Shown here in pieces: positions 18,989-27,819 of a DNA stretch of 64,000 bases. Positions within the stretch are counted from its first letter, which is position 1. Each line of letters opens with the position of its first letter. The notes below the pieces were generated by a model. That model worked only from the letters and a program-made list of their open reading frames with translations. It did no database searches and had not been told where the DNA came from. A program made the translations under genes and the position numbers. Source of the stretch: Dokdonella sp. (GTDB taxonomy: Bacteria > Pseudomonadota > Gammaproteobacteria > Xanthomonadales > Rhodanobacteraceae); NCBI RefSeq assembly GCF_036518555.1, contig NZ_DATDMY010000003.1:2626-66625 (forward strand). Reading direction: 5' to 3'.

Positions 18989-19606
18989 TCAAGCCCGTGC
19001 GATATGGGAGGGGAGTGGAGCGTCGCCGCCGAGTGCGGGCAGGGTGTTGCGCAGGCGCAGGCGCGCATGGAACATGCGCGCCTTCACCGTGCCGACCGCG
19101 CAGTTCATGATCGCGGCGATTTCCTCGCACGACTGGCCGAGGAAGTACGCGAGCTCGATCGTCATGCGTTGCTCGTCGGGGAGCAGCGCGAGGCCGTGCC
19201 GCAACCAGTCGCGCAATTCGGCCTGGCGCGCGTCGGACTCGTCGGGCGCCGGATCGTGCAGCGCCTCCTGGTCGCGCTCGCCGGCGCCGTACGTCGGCTC
19301 GAGCGGGTGATCGCGCAGATGCTTCATGAGACAGCGGTAGGCGATGCCGATGATCCACGTCCGCACCTTCGACTCGCCGCGGAAGCTGCCCGCGGTGCGC
19401 CAGACGACCCAGAGCGTCTCGTTGACCATCTCCTCGATGACGTCGCGGCGGGCGGTGAAGCGCGAGAGGAAACGCGAAAGCAGGCCGTGGTAGCGCCGAT
19501 ACAGCTGCTCGAACGCGGCGCGATCCTGGCGCGCGATCGCGCGCAGCCAATCGAGCTCCGTCGCGGAACCCGAGGCAGGGTCGTCGTCTGTCCTTGTCTG
19601 TTCCAC
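18989..19606 (-). CDS. ECF RNA polymerase sigma factor
   Basis: DRAAFEQLYRRY, VWRTAGSFRGESKVRTWI, SCEEIAAIMNCAVGTVKARMFHAR; GTG start chosen because GGAG lies upstream. Confidence 0.9.
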   Translation of the reverse strand: MEQTRTDDDPASGSATELDWLRAIARQDRAAFEQLYRRYHGLLSRFLSRFTARRDVIEEMVNETLWVVWRTAGSFRGESKVRTWIIGIAYRCLMKHLRDHPLEPTYGAGERDQEALHDPAPDESDARQAELRDWLRHGLALLPDEQRMTIELAYFLGQSCEEIAAIMNCAVGTVKARMFHARLRLRNTLPALGGDAPLPSHIARA

Positions 19607-19770
19607 GCGATCCAGGCTCCGCCGGTGGCCGTACTCGATCGTGGGTACCCGCTGCGTGCCAAAAGGTTGCGCCACGAGCCGTCCAGGTGCAATGGTGGCG
19701 GCCGCCGATGGACCACGGACGCGATCGGAGGGTTGGATCGCAGGCCGCCACTGCCCGGGAGTGACAGCGC

Positions 19771-20538
19771 TTGCGGCACTTTCGCCGAAAATCGAATGCG
19801 TTCGTGGCCCGCGCGTGCCTGGTCGCGGTGGGCGCGGTCCTGCTCGACGCGCATGCCGGCGCGCACGCGTCACCTGCGTGCGGCGGCGCCGTGGGCTTCT
19901 CCTCCGACAACGTCTATCGCGGCATCAGCCTGACCGATGGTCGCCCGTCCGCGCTCGCGGACGCCCACTGCTCCTTCGGCGACGGCTGGGTCGCCGGCGC
20001 CGGGTTCGCCTCGGTCCATCTTGCAGGCCGTTCGCGCAATGCGCAGCTCGGCGCCTACCTCGATCGACGCTGGCAGATCGACGACGACTGGAGCGCGAAG
20101 CTCGGCATCGTCCACTACGACGCCTTCCGCCACGGCCGCGAGGACGGGCTGCGCTACGACGAGGTCAACGCCGTGCTCGGCTACCGCGGCTCGTGGCGCG
20201 CGACGATCGCCTGGTCGCCCAACGCGACCGACATGTACTTCGGCGGCTCCGGGAAGACGCATCGAACCGCGTGGGCCGAGACCACGTTCCACCGCGCGCT
20301 CGTCGACCGGCTGTCGCTCGACGTCGGCCTCGGCATCGCACGGCCGGGAGGCCGCGGCGAGCGCAGCTATCGCTACGGCAGCATCGGCGCAAGTTACGGC
20401 ATCGGCGATGTCTATCTCTACGCGAGTCGCATCTGGACCGACTCGGTGGCCTGGTCGTACGCCTACCTCGGCCAGGAGTTCATCGCGACGTTGCCGTCGC
20501 AGGCGCGTTGGGTCGGCTCCGTCGTCTGGACCTTCTGA
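19771..20538 (+). CDS. TorF-family putative porin (TIGR02001-like)
   Basis: SSDNVYRGISLTDGRP motif, beta-strand pattern, C-terminal Phe; start codon uncertain. Confidence 0.7.
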   Translation: MRHFRRKSNAFVARACLVAVGAVLLDAHAGAHASPACGGAVGFSSDNVYRGISLTDGRPSALADAHCSFGDGWVAGAGFASVHLAGRSRNAQLGAYLDRRWQIDDDWSAKLGIVHYDAFRHGREDGLRYDEVNAVLGYRGSWRATIAWSPNATDMYFGGSGKTHRTAWAETTFHRALVDRLSLDVGLGIARPGGRGERSYRYGSIGASYGIGDVYLYASRIWTDSVAWSYAYLGQEFIATLPSQARWVGSVVWTF

Positions 20539-20565
20539 TCCGCCGGCGGCGTGCCCGCCGGCGGA
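20539..20565. terminator. Hairpin between convergent genes
   Basis: tccgccggcgg-cgtgc-ccgccggcgga (11-bp perfect stem) immediately after the porin stop. Confidence 0.5.
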
Positions 20566-20764
20566 AGTCGATCGCATCGACGCGGCGCAACCGCCGGGCG
20601 GGGCCAGCGGTCCACGGCGCCGACGCGGGAGCGACGCTTGCGGCCGGCGACGGTCAAGCATCCGGGCCCACGGGCCCGGCATCCACCAGGGTGGATGCTC
20701 CGGAACACGGGAACGCGCCGCGCGGTCGCCGGGAGGGCGGCCGCGCGGCGGACCGGCATGGTCT

Positions 20765-21757
20765 TCAGGACGTCGCGAAGGCGAGCAGGTCCGGGTTGAC
20801 CACCTGTGGATGCGTCGTGCACATGCCGTGCGGCAGGCCCTTGTACGTTTTCAGCGTGCCGGCCCGGAGCAGCTTGGCCGAGAGCAGGGCGGAGTCCGCG
20901 ATCGGCACGATCTGGTCGTCCTCGCCGTGCATGACGAGCGTCGGTACGGCGATCTTCTTGAGGTCCTCGGTGAAGTCGGTTTCGCTGAAGGCCTTGATGC
21001 AGTCGTAATGGGCCTTCGCACCGCCCATCATCCCCTGGCGCCACCAGTTCCAGATCACGCCCTGGTCGGCCTTCGCGCCAGCGCGGTTGTAGCCGTAGAA
21101 GGGGCCGCTCGGCACGTCGAGGTAGAACTGCGCGCGATTGGCGACGAGCGCATTGCGGAATCCGTCGAAGACCTCGAGCGGCAAGCCGCCCGGATTGGCG
21201 GCCGTCTTCAGCATGATCGGCGGCACCGCACCGATCAGGACCGCCTTGGCGACGCGACCCGGCTTCGCGCGCGCGACGTAGCGCGCGACTTCGCCACCAC
21301 CGGTCGAATGGCCGACATGGATCGCACGCTTGAGATCGAGATGATCGGCGAGCTCCTGCACGTCGGCCGCGTAGGTGTCCATTTCATTGCCGTCGTCCGT
21401 CTGCGTCGAACGGCCGTGCCCGCGACGGTCGTGCGCGATGACGCGGAAACCCTTCGACAGGAAGAACAGCATCTGGTTGTCCCAGTCGTCTGCGCTCAGC
21501 GGCCAGCCGTGGTGGAACACGATCGGCGTGGCGTCCTTCGGGCCCCAGTCCTTGTAGAAGATCTGCACGCCGCCCTTGGTCGTGATGGTCGAGTTCATCG
21601 GGAATGCTCCTGCGGGAGGGGAAGGTGAGTGCGTTCGCGGCGACGCGCTGCCGAGCAGAGGCGTCAGCGCGATGCCTGCGCCGATCGCGGCGCCGGCCGC
21701 GAGCATGCGTCGCCGCGAGGCGTCGGGCGTGCCAACATCATCGACGGGATCTTTCAT
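20765..21757 (-). CDS. cpo: Non-heme chloroperoxidase/perhydrolase (alpha/beta hydrolase) with twin-arginine-like leader
   Basis: [27 protein letters not shown] (Ser), HGEDDQIVP (Asp), HGMC (His); leader [11 protein letters not shown]; second in-frame ATG at 21598. Confidence 0.85.
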   Translation of the reverse strand: MKDPVDDVGTPDASRRRMLAAGAAIGAGIALTPLLGSASPRTHSPSPPAGAFPMNSTITTKGGVQIFYKDWGPKDATPIVFHHGWPLSADDWDNQMLFFLSKGFRVIAHDRRGHGRSTQTDDGNEMDTYAADVQELADHLDLKRAIHVGHSTGGGEVARYVARAKPGRVAKAVLIGAVPPIMLKTAANPGGLPLEVFDGFRNALVANRAQFYLDVPSGPFYGYNRAGAKADQGVIWNWWRQGMMGGAKAHYDCIKAFSETDFTEDLKKIAVPTLVMHGEDDQIVPIADSALLSAKLLRAGTLKTYKGLPHGMCTTHPQVVNPDLLAFATS

Positions 21758-22081
21758 GCGAGGGCCTCCTCTCGACCCAGGGTGGCGGGGAATGGCGACA
21801 TCGTCTTCGCACGACAGGGTGACGCGACCGATCGACACCTCGGATCTTGCCGCACGTCCCCGATGCCTGCCGTGAGCCGCGATCGTGCCGCATGCATGAC
21901 CGCGCGCCAATCCCGATCGGGGGGTCGCCGACTTGCCCGATCGGGTAATGGTCGCGCGCACATCGCCGGCGCGGCCGCGCGACCACTGCGCGGACGCGAA
22001 TCGAGGTGCTGCCCGGCGCAAGGCGTCGACATCGGCCGCGGTCACCTCCCCGTGCGCGATGCGGGCCCAGGCCGACGGCGG

Positions 22082-22753
22082 CTAGAGCCCGACCAGCGGC
22101 TGCACCGCGCGCGCGAACCAGCCCGGGAAGCGCAGCGGCGCGTCGAGGGCGGCGACGCAGATGCACGGGCCACCCGGCGACGTGACGGGGCGATGGGTCA
22201 CGTCCGGCCCGAGGTCGGCGACATCGCCTGCACTGAAGTGCCCGAGCTCGTCCTCGTACGCGCCGCGCAGGATGTGGGTGAGTTCCGTGCTTCCGTGGCC
22301 GTGCACCGGCATGCCTTTGCCGGGACCGATCCTGAGCAGGATCAGCGTATCGCCGCTGGTCCTGGCAGCGCGAATCATCTCCACGCCCGGACCCATCCAG
22401 CGCCATTTCAGCGCGCGCCATGAGCGACCGAAGTACGCATGCAGCGGCTTTGGAAGGCCGTCGGGATCGGCGGGGAGATCGGGAGCGTCGCGCACGAATC
22501 CGCCGCGTGCCGGCGTGGCGTCGAGGCGCTCGGCCATCGCATCGCGCAGCCGCCGCTCGCGATCCACGTCCACCGGTCGCGGCTTCTGCTGCCCCAGCAG
22601 CGCGCCGCCGACGCGCTCGGCGGATGCGAGCACGGCGCGGCAATGGTGGCACAGCTCCAGGTGGGTGGCGGCTACCGCGGCCATTTCCGGAGAGAGTGCG
22701 CCCGTCGCATAGCTCACGACGGTGGCTTCATCGAGGTGGTGGCGTGGTGTCAT
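22082..22753 (-). CDS. chrR: ChrR-family anti-sigma factor (ZAS plus cupin)
   Basis: MTPRHHLDE...YATG...HLELCHHC; cupin PVHGHGSTELTHILRGAYED; ATGA overlap with rpoE. Confidence 0.9.
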   Translation of the reverse strand: MTPRHHLDEATVVSYATGALSPEMAAVAATHLELCHHCRAVLASAERVGGALLGQQKPRPVDVDRERRLRDAMAERLDATPARGGFVRDAPDLPADPDGLPKPLHAYFGRSWRALKWRWMGPGVEMIRAARTSGDTLILLRIGPGKGMPVHGHGSTELTHILRGAYEDELGHFSAGDVADLGPDVTHRPVTSPGGPCICVAALDAPLRFPGWFARAVQPLVGL

Positions 22754-23295
22754 ACCGAGTCCTGCATTCGCGACTGCAGCTTCAGGAACGCACGCCGCAG
22801 GTAGGATTTGACCGTGCCGAGCGGCATGCCGAGTTCGTCGGCGATCTCCTGATGGGATTTCGCCTCGAAGTACGACATGCGGATGAGGCGGCCCTGAACC
22901 GCCGGCAGGCTTTCGATGCGCGCACCGAGGTCGACGCAATCGGCATGGCTTTCGGCGGACGTACCATAACCTTCGCGCTCCTCCGGCTGGTCTTCCGGCA
23001 TGAGGTACCACTCCGGTTCGCGACGGATGCGATCGATGTGAAGGTTGCGCGCGATCCGGAACAGCCAGGTCGAGACGCTGCCGCGTGCCGCGTCGAAGCC
23101 GGCGGCGTTCTGCCACAGGCGAAGGAACGCTTCCTGGGTCAGCTCCTCCGCGACCGCCTCGGGCGACCCCAGCCCCTTGAGGTAGAGCCGCACCCGGGGC
23201 GCGAAGTGGTCGTAGATGCGCAGGAAGCCCTCGCGGTCGCCCGTACGCGCGACCGCCGTCATCTGCCAGGACCAATAGCGAGCATCCTCGCTCAT
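22750..23295 (-). CDS. rpoE: RpoE-type ECF sigma factor (ChrR-paired, singlet-oxygen group)
   Basis: GDREGFLRIYDHFAPRVRLYL, FDAARGSVSTWLFRIARN, SHQEIADELGMPLGTVKS. Confidence 0.9.
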   Translation of the reverse strand: MSEDARYWSWQMTAVARTGDREGFLRIYDHFAPRVRLYLKGLGSPEAVAEELTQEAFLRLWQNAAGFDAARGSVSTWLFRIARNLHIDRIRREPEWYLMPEDQPEEREGYGTSAESHADCVDLGARIESLPAVQGRLIRMSYFEAKSHQEIADELGMPLGTVKSYLRRAFLKLQSRMQDSV

Positions 23296-23404
23296 GGCGG
23301 GCTCCGGTTTCGATCGGGTCTGCGTCGGCCGAATCGGCGTCACGCGCGGCGTCATCGTCATGCTAGTGCAAAGGCGGGCCGAAGTGGGCCTCATGAGCAG
23401 CCTT

Positions 23405-23431
23405 TACGGGACGCGGTGCCGATCGGATGCA
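23405..23431 (-). promoter_or_regulatory. Predicted RpoE promoter for rpoE-chrR (autoregulation)
   Basis: Minus strand TGCATCC-N16-CGTA. Confidence 0.75.
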
Positions 23432-23482
23432 TCTGCGCGCCGGAAGGCGCCTGCGCATGTCGCGCCGGTCCGCGCGGCGTGC

Positions 23483-25006
23483 CTACAGATCCTCGAGTCG
23501 CGCGACGAGGTCGGCCGCGCGCGCGCGGATCGCAGCCATGTCGGGCTGCTTGTGGTCGAGCTGGCGGTACGTCGGCTGCAGGCGCGGATTGCCCTCGAGT
23601 GCGTCGCGATGGCGCGCGAAGAAATCCCAGTACAGCGCGTTGAAGGGGCACGCATCGACCGAGGAGTGGCTGCGCCGGTCATAGGGACACCGGCTGCAGT
23701 AGTTGCTCATCCGGTGCATGTAACCGGACGTGCTCACGTACGGCTTGGAGGCGAGCCGTCCGCCGTCCGCGTACTGGCTCAAGCCGAGCGTGTTGGGAAG
23801 TTCCACCCATTCGAACGCATCGATATAGACGCCGAGGTACCACCGGTGCAGCGCGTGCGGATCGATCCCGGCAAGCAAGGCGAAGTTGCCGATGACCATG
23901 AGTCGCTGGATGTGATGAGCATGTGCGTGGTCGAGCGACTGCCGCAGCGACGAGCGCAGGCACTCCATGCGCGTGGCGCCGGTCCAGAACCAGGCCGGCA
24001 ACGCGGCGGCGTGCCCGAACGCGTTGCGGTCCTCGTAACCGGGCATGACGCTCCAGTAGTAGCCGCGCACGTACTCGCGCCAGCCGAGGATCTGCCGCAC
24101 GAAGCCTTCGCAGGCGGCGATGTCGACGCGACCCGCGGCGAAGGCCTGCACGGCCGCATCGACGACTTCGCGTGGCGACAGCAGCTTCACGTTGAGCGCG
24201 AACGAAAGCAGGGAATGGAACAGCCGCGTCGCATCGGCGTGCATCGCGTCCTGGTACCTGCCGAAGTTCGCGAGGCGGTGGCTCACGAAATCGCGCAGGT
24301 CCGCGAGCGCCTCCTCGCGATCGAGCGGCCACGGGAACCGTGCGGCGCACGGCTCGCCGAACGTGCGCACGCCGGCCGCCTGGATCTCCTGCCACAACGC
24401 CGAGTGGTCATGGCGGGTGCGTGCGTCGGCAGGCTCGGGCGGGCTGCCCTTCCACGCCGAGCGGTTCTCGCTGTCGTAGTTCCAGCGCCCGCCGACGGGT
24501 CGCCCGTTCGCGTCGACGAGGACGCGATGGCGCACGCGCATCCAGCGGTAGAAGCGTTCGAGCAGCCAGCGTCCTTCGCCGAAGAACGTCGTCGCGTCGT
24601 CGCGGCCGCCGAGGAAATGCTCGGTATCGGCGCGATGGACCGGGATCCGCAGCGTGCCCGCGAATCGCGCGAGCTGGTCGTCGAGGCGCCATTCGTCGGG
24701 CGCCTGGTATTCGAACGCGAACGCGACGTGGAACGCGAGCAGCGCCTCGAGGTTGCCCGCCAGATCCTGCGTGTTGCGAGGATCGCCGATGCGCAGGTAG
24801 TGGACGCGATGTCCGCGCCCGCGCAAGCGGTCGGCAAACGCGCGCATCGCGGCGAACACCGCGATCACCTTCTGTGCGTGGTGCAGGACGTAGTCCGTCT
24901 CCTGCCTCATCTCGATCATCACGTAGACGACGCGATCGTCGACCGTGGAGAACCACGAGTGCCCGTCGTTGAGCTGGTCGCCGAGCAGCAGCCTGAGCGT
25001 CGTCAT
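23483..25006 (-). CDS. cryB: Cryptochrome/photolyase-related protein, Fe-S bacterial clade (CryB/PhrB type)
   Basis: LLLGDQL, HHAQKV, HAHHIQRLMV, WVELPN, SKPYVSTSGYMHRMSNYCSRC...CPFNALYWDF (4Fe-4S cysteines). Confidence 0.9.
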   Translation of the reverse strand: MTTLRLLLGDQLNDGHSWFSTVDDRVVYVMIEMRQETDYVLHHAQKVIAVFAAMRAFADRLRGRGHRVHYLRIGDPRNTQDLAGNLEALLAFHVAFAFEYQAPDEWRLDDQLARFAGTLRIPVHRADTEHFLGGRDDATTFFGEGRWLLERFYRWMRVRHRVLVDANGRPVGGRWNYDSENRSAWKGSPPEPADARTRHDHSALWQEIQAAGVRTFGEPCAARFPWPLDREEALADLRDFVSHRLANFGRYQDAMHADATRLFHSLLSFALNVKLLSPREVVDAAVQAFAAGRVDIAACEGFVRQILGWREYVRGYYWSVMPGYEDRNAFGHAAALPAWFWTGATRMECLRSSLRQSLDHAHAHHIQRLMVIGNFALLAGIDPHALHRWYLGVYIDAFEWVELPNTLGLSQYADGGRLASKPYVSTSGYMHRMSNYCSRCPYDRRSHSSVDACPFNALYWDFFARHRDALEGNPRLQPTYRQLDHKQPDMAAIRARAADLVARLEDL

Positions 25007-25050
25007 CCGCGAAGATCCTCCCGATCCGGGGCCAACCCGAGCCGGGGCTT

Positions 25051-25077
25051 TACGCGCGAGCGAGGCGACCGGATGCA
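25051..25077 (-). promoter_or_regulatory. Predicted RpoE promoter for cryB
   Basis: Minus strand TGCATCC-N16-CGTA. Confidence 0.75.
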
Positions 25078-25122
25078 GGCGAATGCGCGATCGCGTACGT
25101 CGATGGCGGCAACGCACGCATC

Positions 25123-25149
25123 TGCATCCGGACGCGTCCTTCGCGCGTA
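25123..25149 (+). promoter_or_regulatory. Predicted RpoE promoter for the DUF4397 gene
   Basis: Plus strand TGCATCC-N16-CGTA. Confidence 0.75.
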
Positions 25150-25211
25150 GAGCGTGGGCAGCCCATCGTCAAGGCAGGGTTGCTCCTGTCCCCTCGACTC
25201 CGGAGGTTTCA

Positions 25212-26063
25212 ATGAAGACCGTTCTTTCGACGGCGCTCGCCGTGGCCCTGCTCGCGGCGACGTCCGCAAGCCACGCCGATACCCGCGTACTCGCGGCACA
25301 TTTCGCGCCGTTCGCGCCGACGCTGCCCGGCACGGCCGTCTCGATCAACGTCAACGGCGGCGAAGTGCTGACTGGCGTGCAGTACAATCAGGTATCGGGA
25401 TATCTCACGCTGAGCGGGCCCGGTGTCGCGCCTGGCAGCACGCAGGTCGACGTCTACGCGCCGCCTGCGACACCGCCGCCCGCGATCTCGCTCACCGCCG
25501 ACCTCGCGGCCGATACCGACTACACCCTCGCGGCGATCGGCGACGTCGTCAACCAACCGCTCGCGTTGCTGCCGCTCGTCGACGACAACAGTGCGCCGGC
25601 CGCGGGCAACGTCAAGCTTCGCGTCGTTCATGCGGCGCCGTTCGCGGCGAGCCTCGCCGCGACCGCGGTCTCGATCCGCACCCAGGACGGCACCGTGGTG
25701 GCGGGCCTCTCGAACGTGCAGTTCGGGCAGGCGTCGAGCTACTTCGAAATTCCGGCCGGCACCGTCGATCTCGAGATCGACACGCCCGACGGCACGACGC
25801 GGCTGATCGATCCCGCGCCGGTGGCGCTTGCAGCCGGCACGGTGGCGACGTTGTTCGCCGTCGGCGATGGTTCGCAGCAGCCGCTCGGCGTCACCGCGGT
25901 GTTCGCCGACGGAACTGCCAGCTCGCTTCCGCTCCAGCCTACGGGTGGCGCGGCGCCGCATCCGGCACCGACGCTGTCGACGTGGGCAATCCTGTTGCTC
26001 GGCGCGGCGCTCGCGATGGTCGTCGCTTCGCGCATGCGTCGTATCCAGCGCGTCCGCTCGTAA
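25212..26063 (+). CDS. Secreted DUF4397-type protein with IPTL-CTERM-like C-terminal sorting signal
   Basis: Signal peptide; two repeats (RVLAAHFAP, KLRVVHAAP); tail PAPTLSTWAILLLGAALAMVVASRMRR; GGAGG RBS. Confidence 0.75.
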   Translation: MKTVLSTALAVALLAATSASHADTRVLAAHFAPFAPTLPGTAVSINVNGGEVLTGVQYNQVSGYLTLSGPGVAPGSTQVDVYAPPATPPPAISLTADLAADTDYTLAAIGDVVNQPLALLPLVDDNSAPAAGNVKLRVVHAAPFAASLAATAVSIRTQDGTVVAGLSNVQFGQASSYFEIPAGTVDLEIDTPDGTTRLIDPAPVALAAGTVATLFAVGDGSQQPLGVTAVFADGTASSLPLQPTGGAAPHPAPTLSTWAILLLGAALAMVVASRMRRIQRVRS

Positions 26064-26073
26064 GTTCATCGTT

Positions 26074-26106
26074 CGGTCGAGGTCCGCGCATCGCGGACCT
26101 CGACCG
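26074..26106. terminator. Perfect 15-bp inverted repeat between convergent genes (terminator or REP-like)
   Basis: cggtcgaggtccgcg-cat-cgcggacctcgaccg. Confidence 0.6.
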
Positions 26107-26155
26107 TTGTCGCATCAGGCCGGGCGCACGTCGCCGGCGACGCCACTGGGATACA

Positions 26156-26737
26156 TCAGTCGCCCGCCGCCGGGGCCGACGACGTCGAGACGGCCTCGGG
26201 CCACTGCTGCGGTACCCGGCGCAGTGCATCGGTCGCGTATCCGAGCGACTGCAGCTGCGAAACGAGCCGACGATAATCGGACTCCGGAATGGTCGGCGTT
26301 CGGGCCATGATCCATGCGTAGTCGCGCGCGCTGCGCGCGATGATCGTTTCGCGGTAGTCCGCATCGAGGTAGGCGACCACGTATTCCGCGCGGATCGGCC
26401 AGATGAACTGCATACCCCATACGGCGTTACCCGTGCCGGGCCGCACGTAGCCGCGCGCATGCATCGTTTCCAGCGGCGCGTCCGCGCGGCCGCTGCGATA
26501 GCGGAACGTCGTCCCGACCGTGCCGTCGTCCGCGAGGCGATAGCTCTCCACCGCATTCCACGCATTGCGCTCCGGTCGGCTCGGGATGTGCGCGATCACG
26601 TACCAGTCGCCCATGAAGCGCGACAGGTCCACGTGGCCCACTGAAGGCATCGGCGTGCCGCGACTGCAACTGGCGGCCGTGAGCGTGAACACGCTGGCGC
26701 CGGCGATGGCCGCGACGAGCAACGGGCGCATGCTCAT
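26156..26737 (-). CDS. blc: Lipocalin (Blc-like lipoprotein)
   Basis: VDLSRFMGDWYVIA, YLDADYRETII, YAWIMARTP motifs; lipobox-like TAASC. Confidence 0.9.
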   Translation of the reverse strand: MSMRPLLVAAIAGASVFTLTAASCSRGTPMPSVGHVDLSRFMGDWYVIAHIPSRPERNAWNAVESYRLADDGTVGTTFRYRSGRADAPLETMHARGYVRPGTGNAVWGMQFIWPIRAEYVVAYLDADYRETIIARSARDYAWIMARTPTIPESDYRRLVSQLQSLGYATDALRRVPQQWPEAVSTSSAPAAGD

Positions 26738-27819
26738 GCGGGCCTCCGCATGCGGTAGTGGGCGACCATCCATTCTCTGCCGCCCGCATGGCCGAACAGC
26801 TCCGCGCACGCCATCCAGAACATGCGCCAGCGCTGGGTCCAGAGCCTGGCCGCCGGACCGTAGGTCGCCTGCATCAGTGGCTCGATCTCGTCCCGGTGGT
26901 GGTCCTGGTTGGCGAGCCAGTGTTCGGCCGTGCGCTGGTAATGCCGCCCGTCGACGAGCCAGCGGCGCTCGAGCCGGAGCGCATCCTGGAACCACAGCAA
27001 GGTGTCCGCCGCCGGCATGAGGCCGCCCGTGAAGAAGTGACGGCCCATCCAGTTGTCCTCGCCCTCCGTCTCGAACGGATACATCGCCGTGCGGTGACAG
27101 AAGATGTGCACGAACAGCGCACCGCCGGGGCGCAGCCACGAAGCGATGCGCGCGAGCAGGACTTCGTAGTTGCGCATGTGTTCGAACATTTCGATCGATA
27201 CGCAACGATCGTAGGCCGACGGAGCGAGCTCGAGGCGGTTGACGTCGCAGGTGATCACGTTCACGTGGCCGAAGCCGCGTTCGCGGCACCGCTCCTCGAT
27301 CCAGGCGCGCTGGGTGCGCGAGTTGGACACCGCGGTGATGCGCGCATGCGGATAGCGCTCGGCCATCCAGAGCGTGAGCGAGCCCCAGCCGCAACCGAGT
27401 TCGAGGATGTCCTGGCCGTCCGCGAGTTCGGCGCGTTCGCCGTACAGCTCGAGCATCGCCGATTCCGCCTGGGCGAGCGTCTCGTCCCCGCGCGCGTACC
27501 AGCAGGCCGAGTACTTGAGGCGCGGGCCGAGGCAGCGCTGGAAGAACTCGGCAGGCAACTCGTAGTGTTGCCGATTGGCCGCGTCGGTATGGATCGCGAG
27601 CGGGCTGGCGCGCAGTTGCGCGATGCCCTGCTGGAACGCGTAGGCCGTCGCTTCGACACCCCGATCGCGTTCTTCCTTCAAGCGCGTCGCACACAACCGT
27701 CGGATGCCTGCGCGGATGACCGCGTCGGGCAGCAGCCCGCGCTCGGCCAGGCCGAGCAGGCCCGGTGCCGGTCGATCGGCGGGCAGTTCGAAGCCGCCGG
27801 ATAGCGCTGGTGCATTCAT
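26734..27819 (-). CDS. SAM-dependent methyltransferase, CFA-synthase-like (second copy)
   Basis: ANRQHYELP, KYSACWY, ILELGCGWGSL, VSIEMFEHMRNY, FFTGGLMP. Confidence 0.85.
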   Translation of the reverse strand: MNAPALSGGFELPADRPAPGLLGLAERGLLPDAVIRAGIRRLCATRLKEERDRGVEATAYAFQQGIAQLRASPLAIHTDAANRQHYELPAEFFQRCLGPRLKYSACWYARGDETLAQAESAMLELYGERAELADGQDILELGCGWGSLTLWMAERYPHARITAVSNSRTQRAWIEERCRERGFGHVNVITCDVNRLELAPSAYDRCVSIEMFEHMRNYEVLLARIASWLRPGGALFVHIFCHRTAMYPFETEGEDNWMGRHFFTGGLMPAADTLLWFQDALRLERRWLVDGRHYQRTAEHWLANQDHHRDEIEPLMQATYGPAARLWTQRWRMFWMACAELFGHAGGREWMVAHYRMRRPA

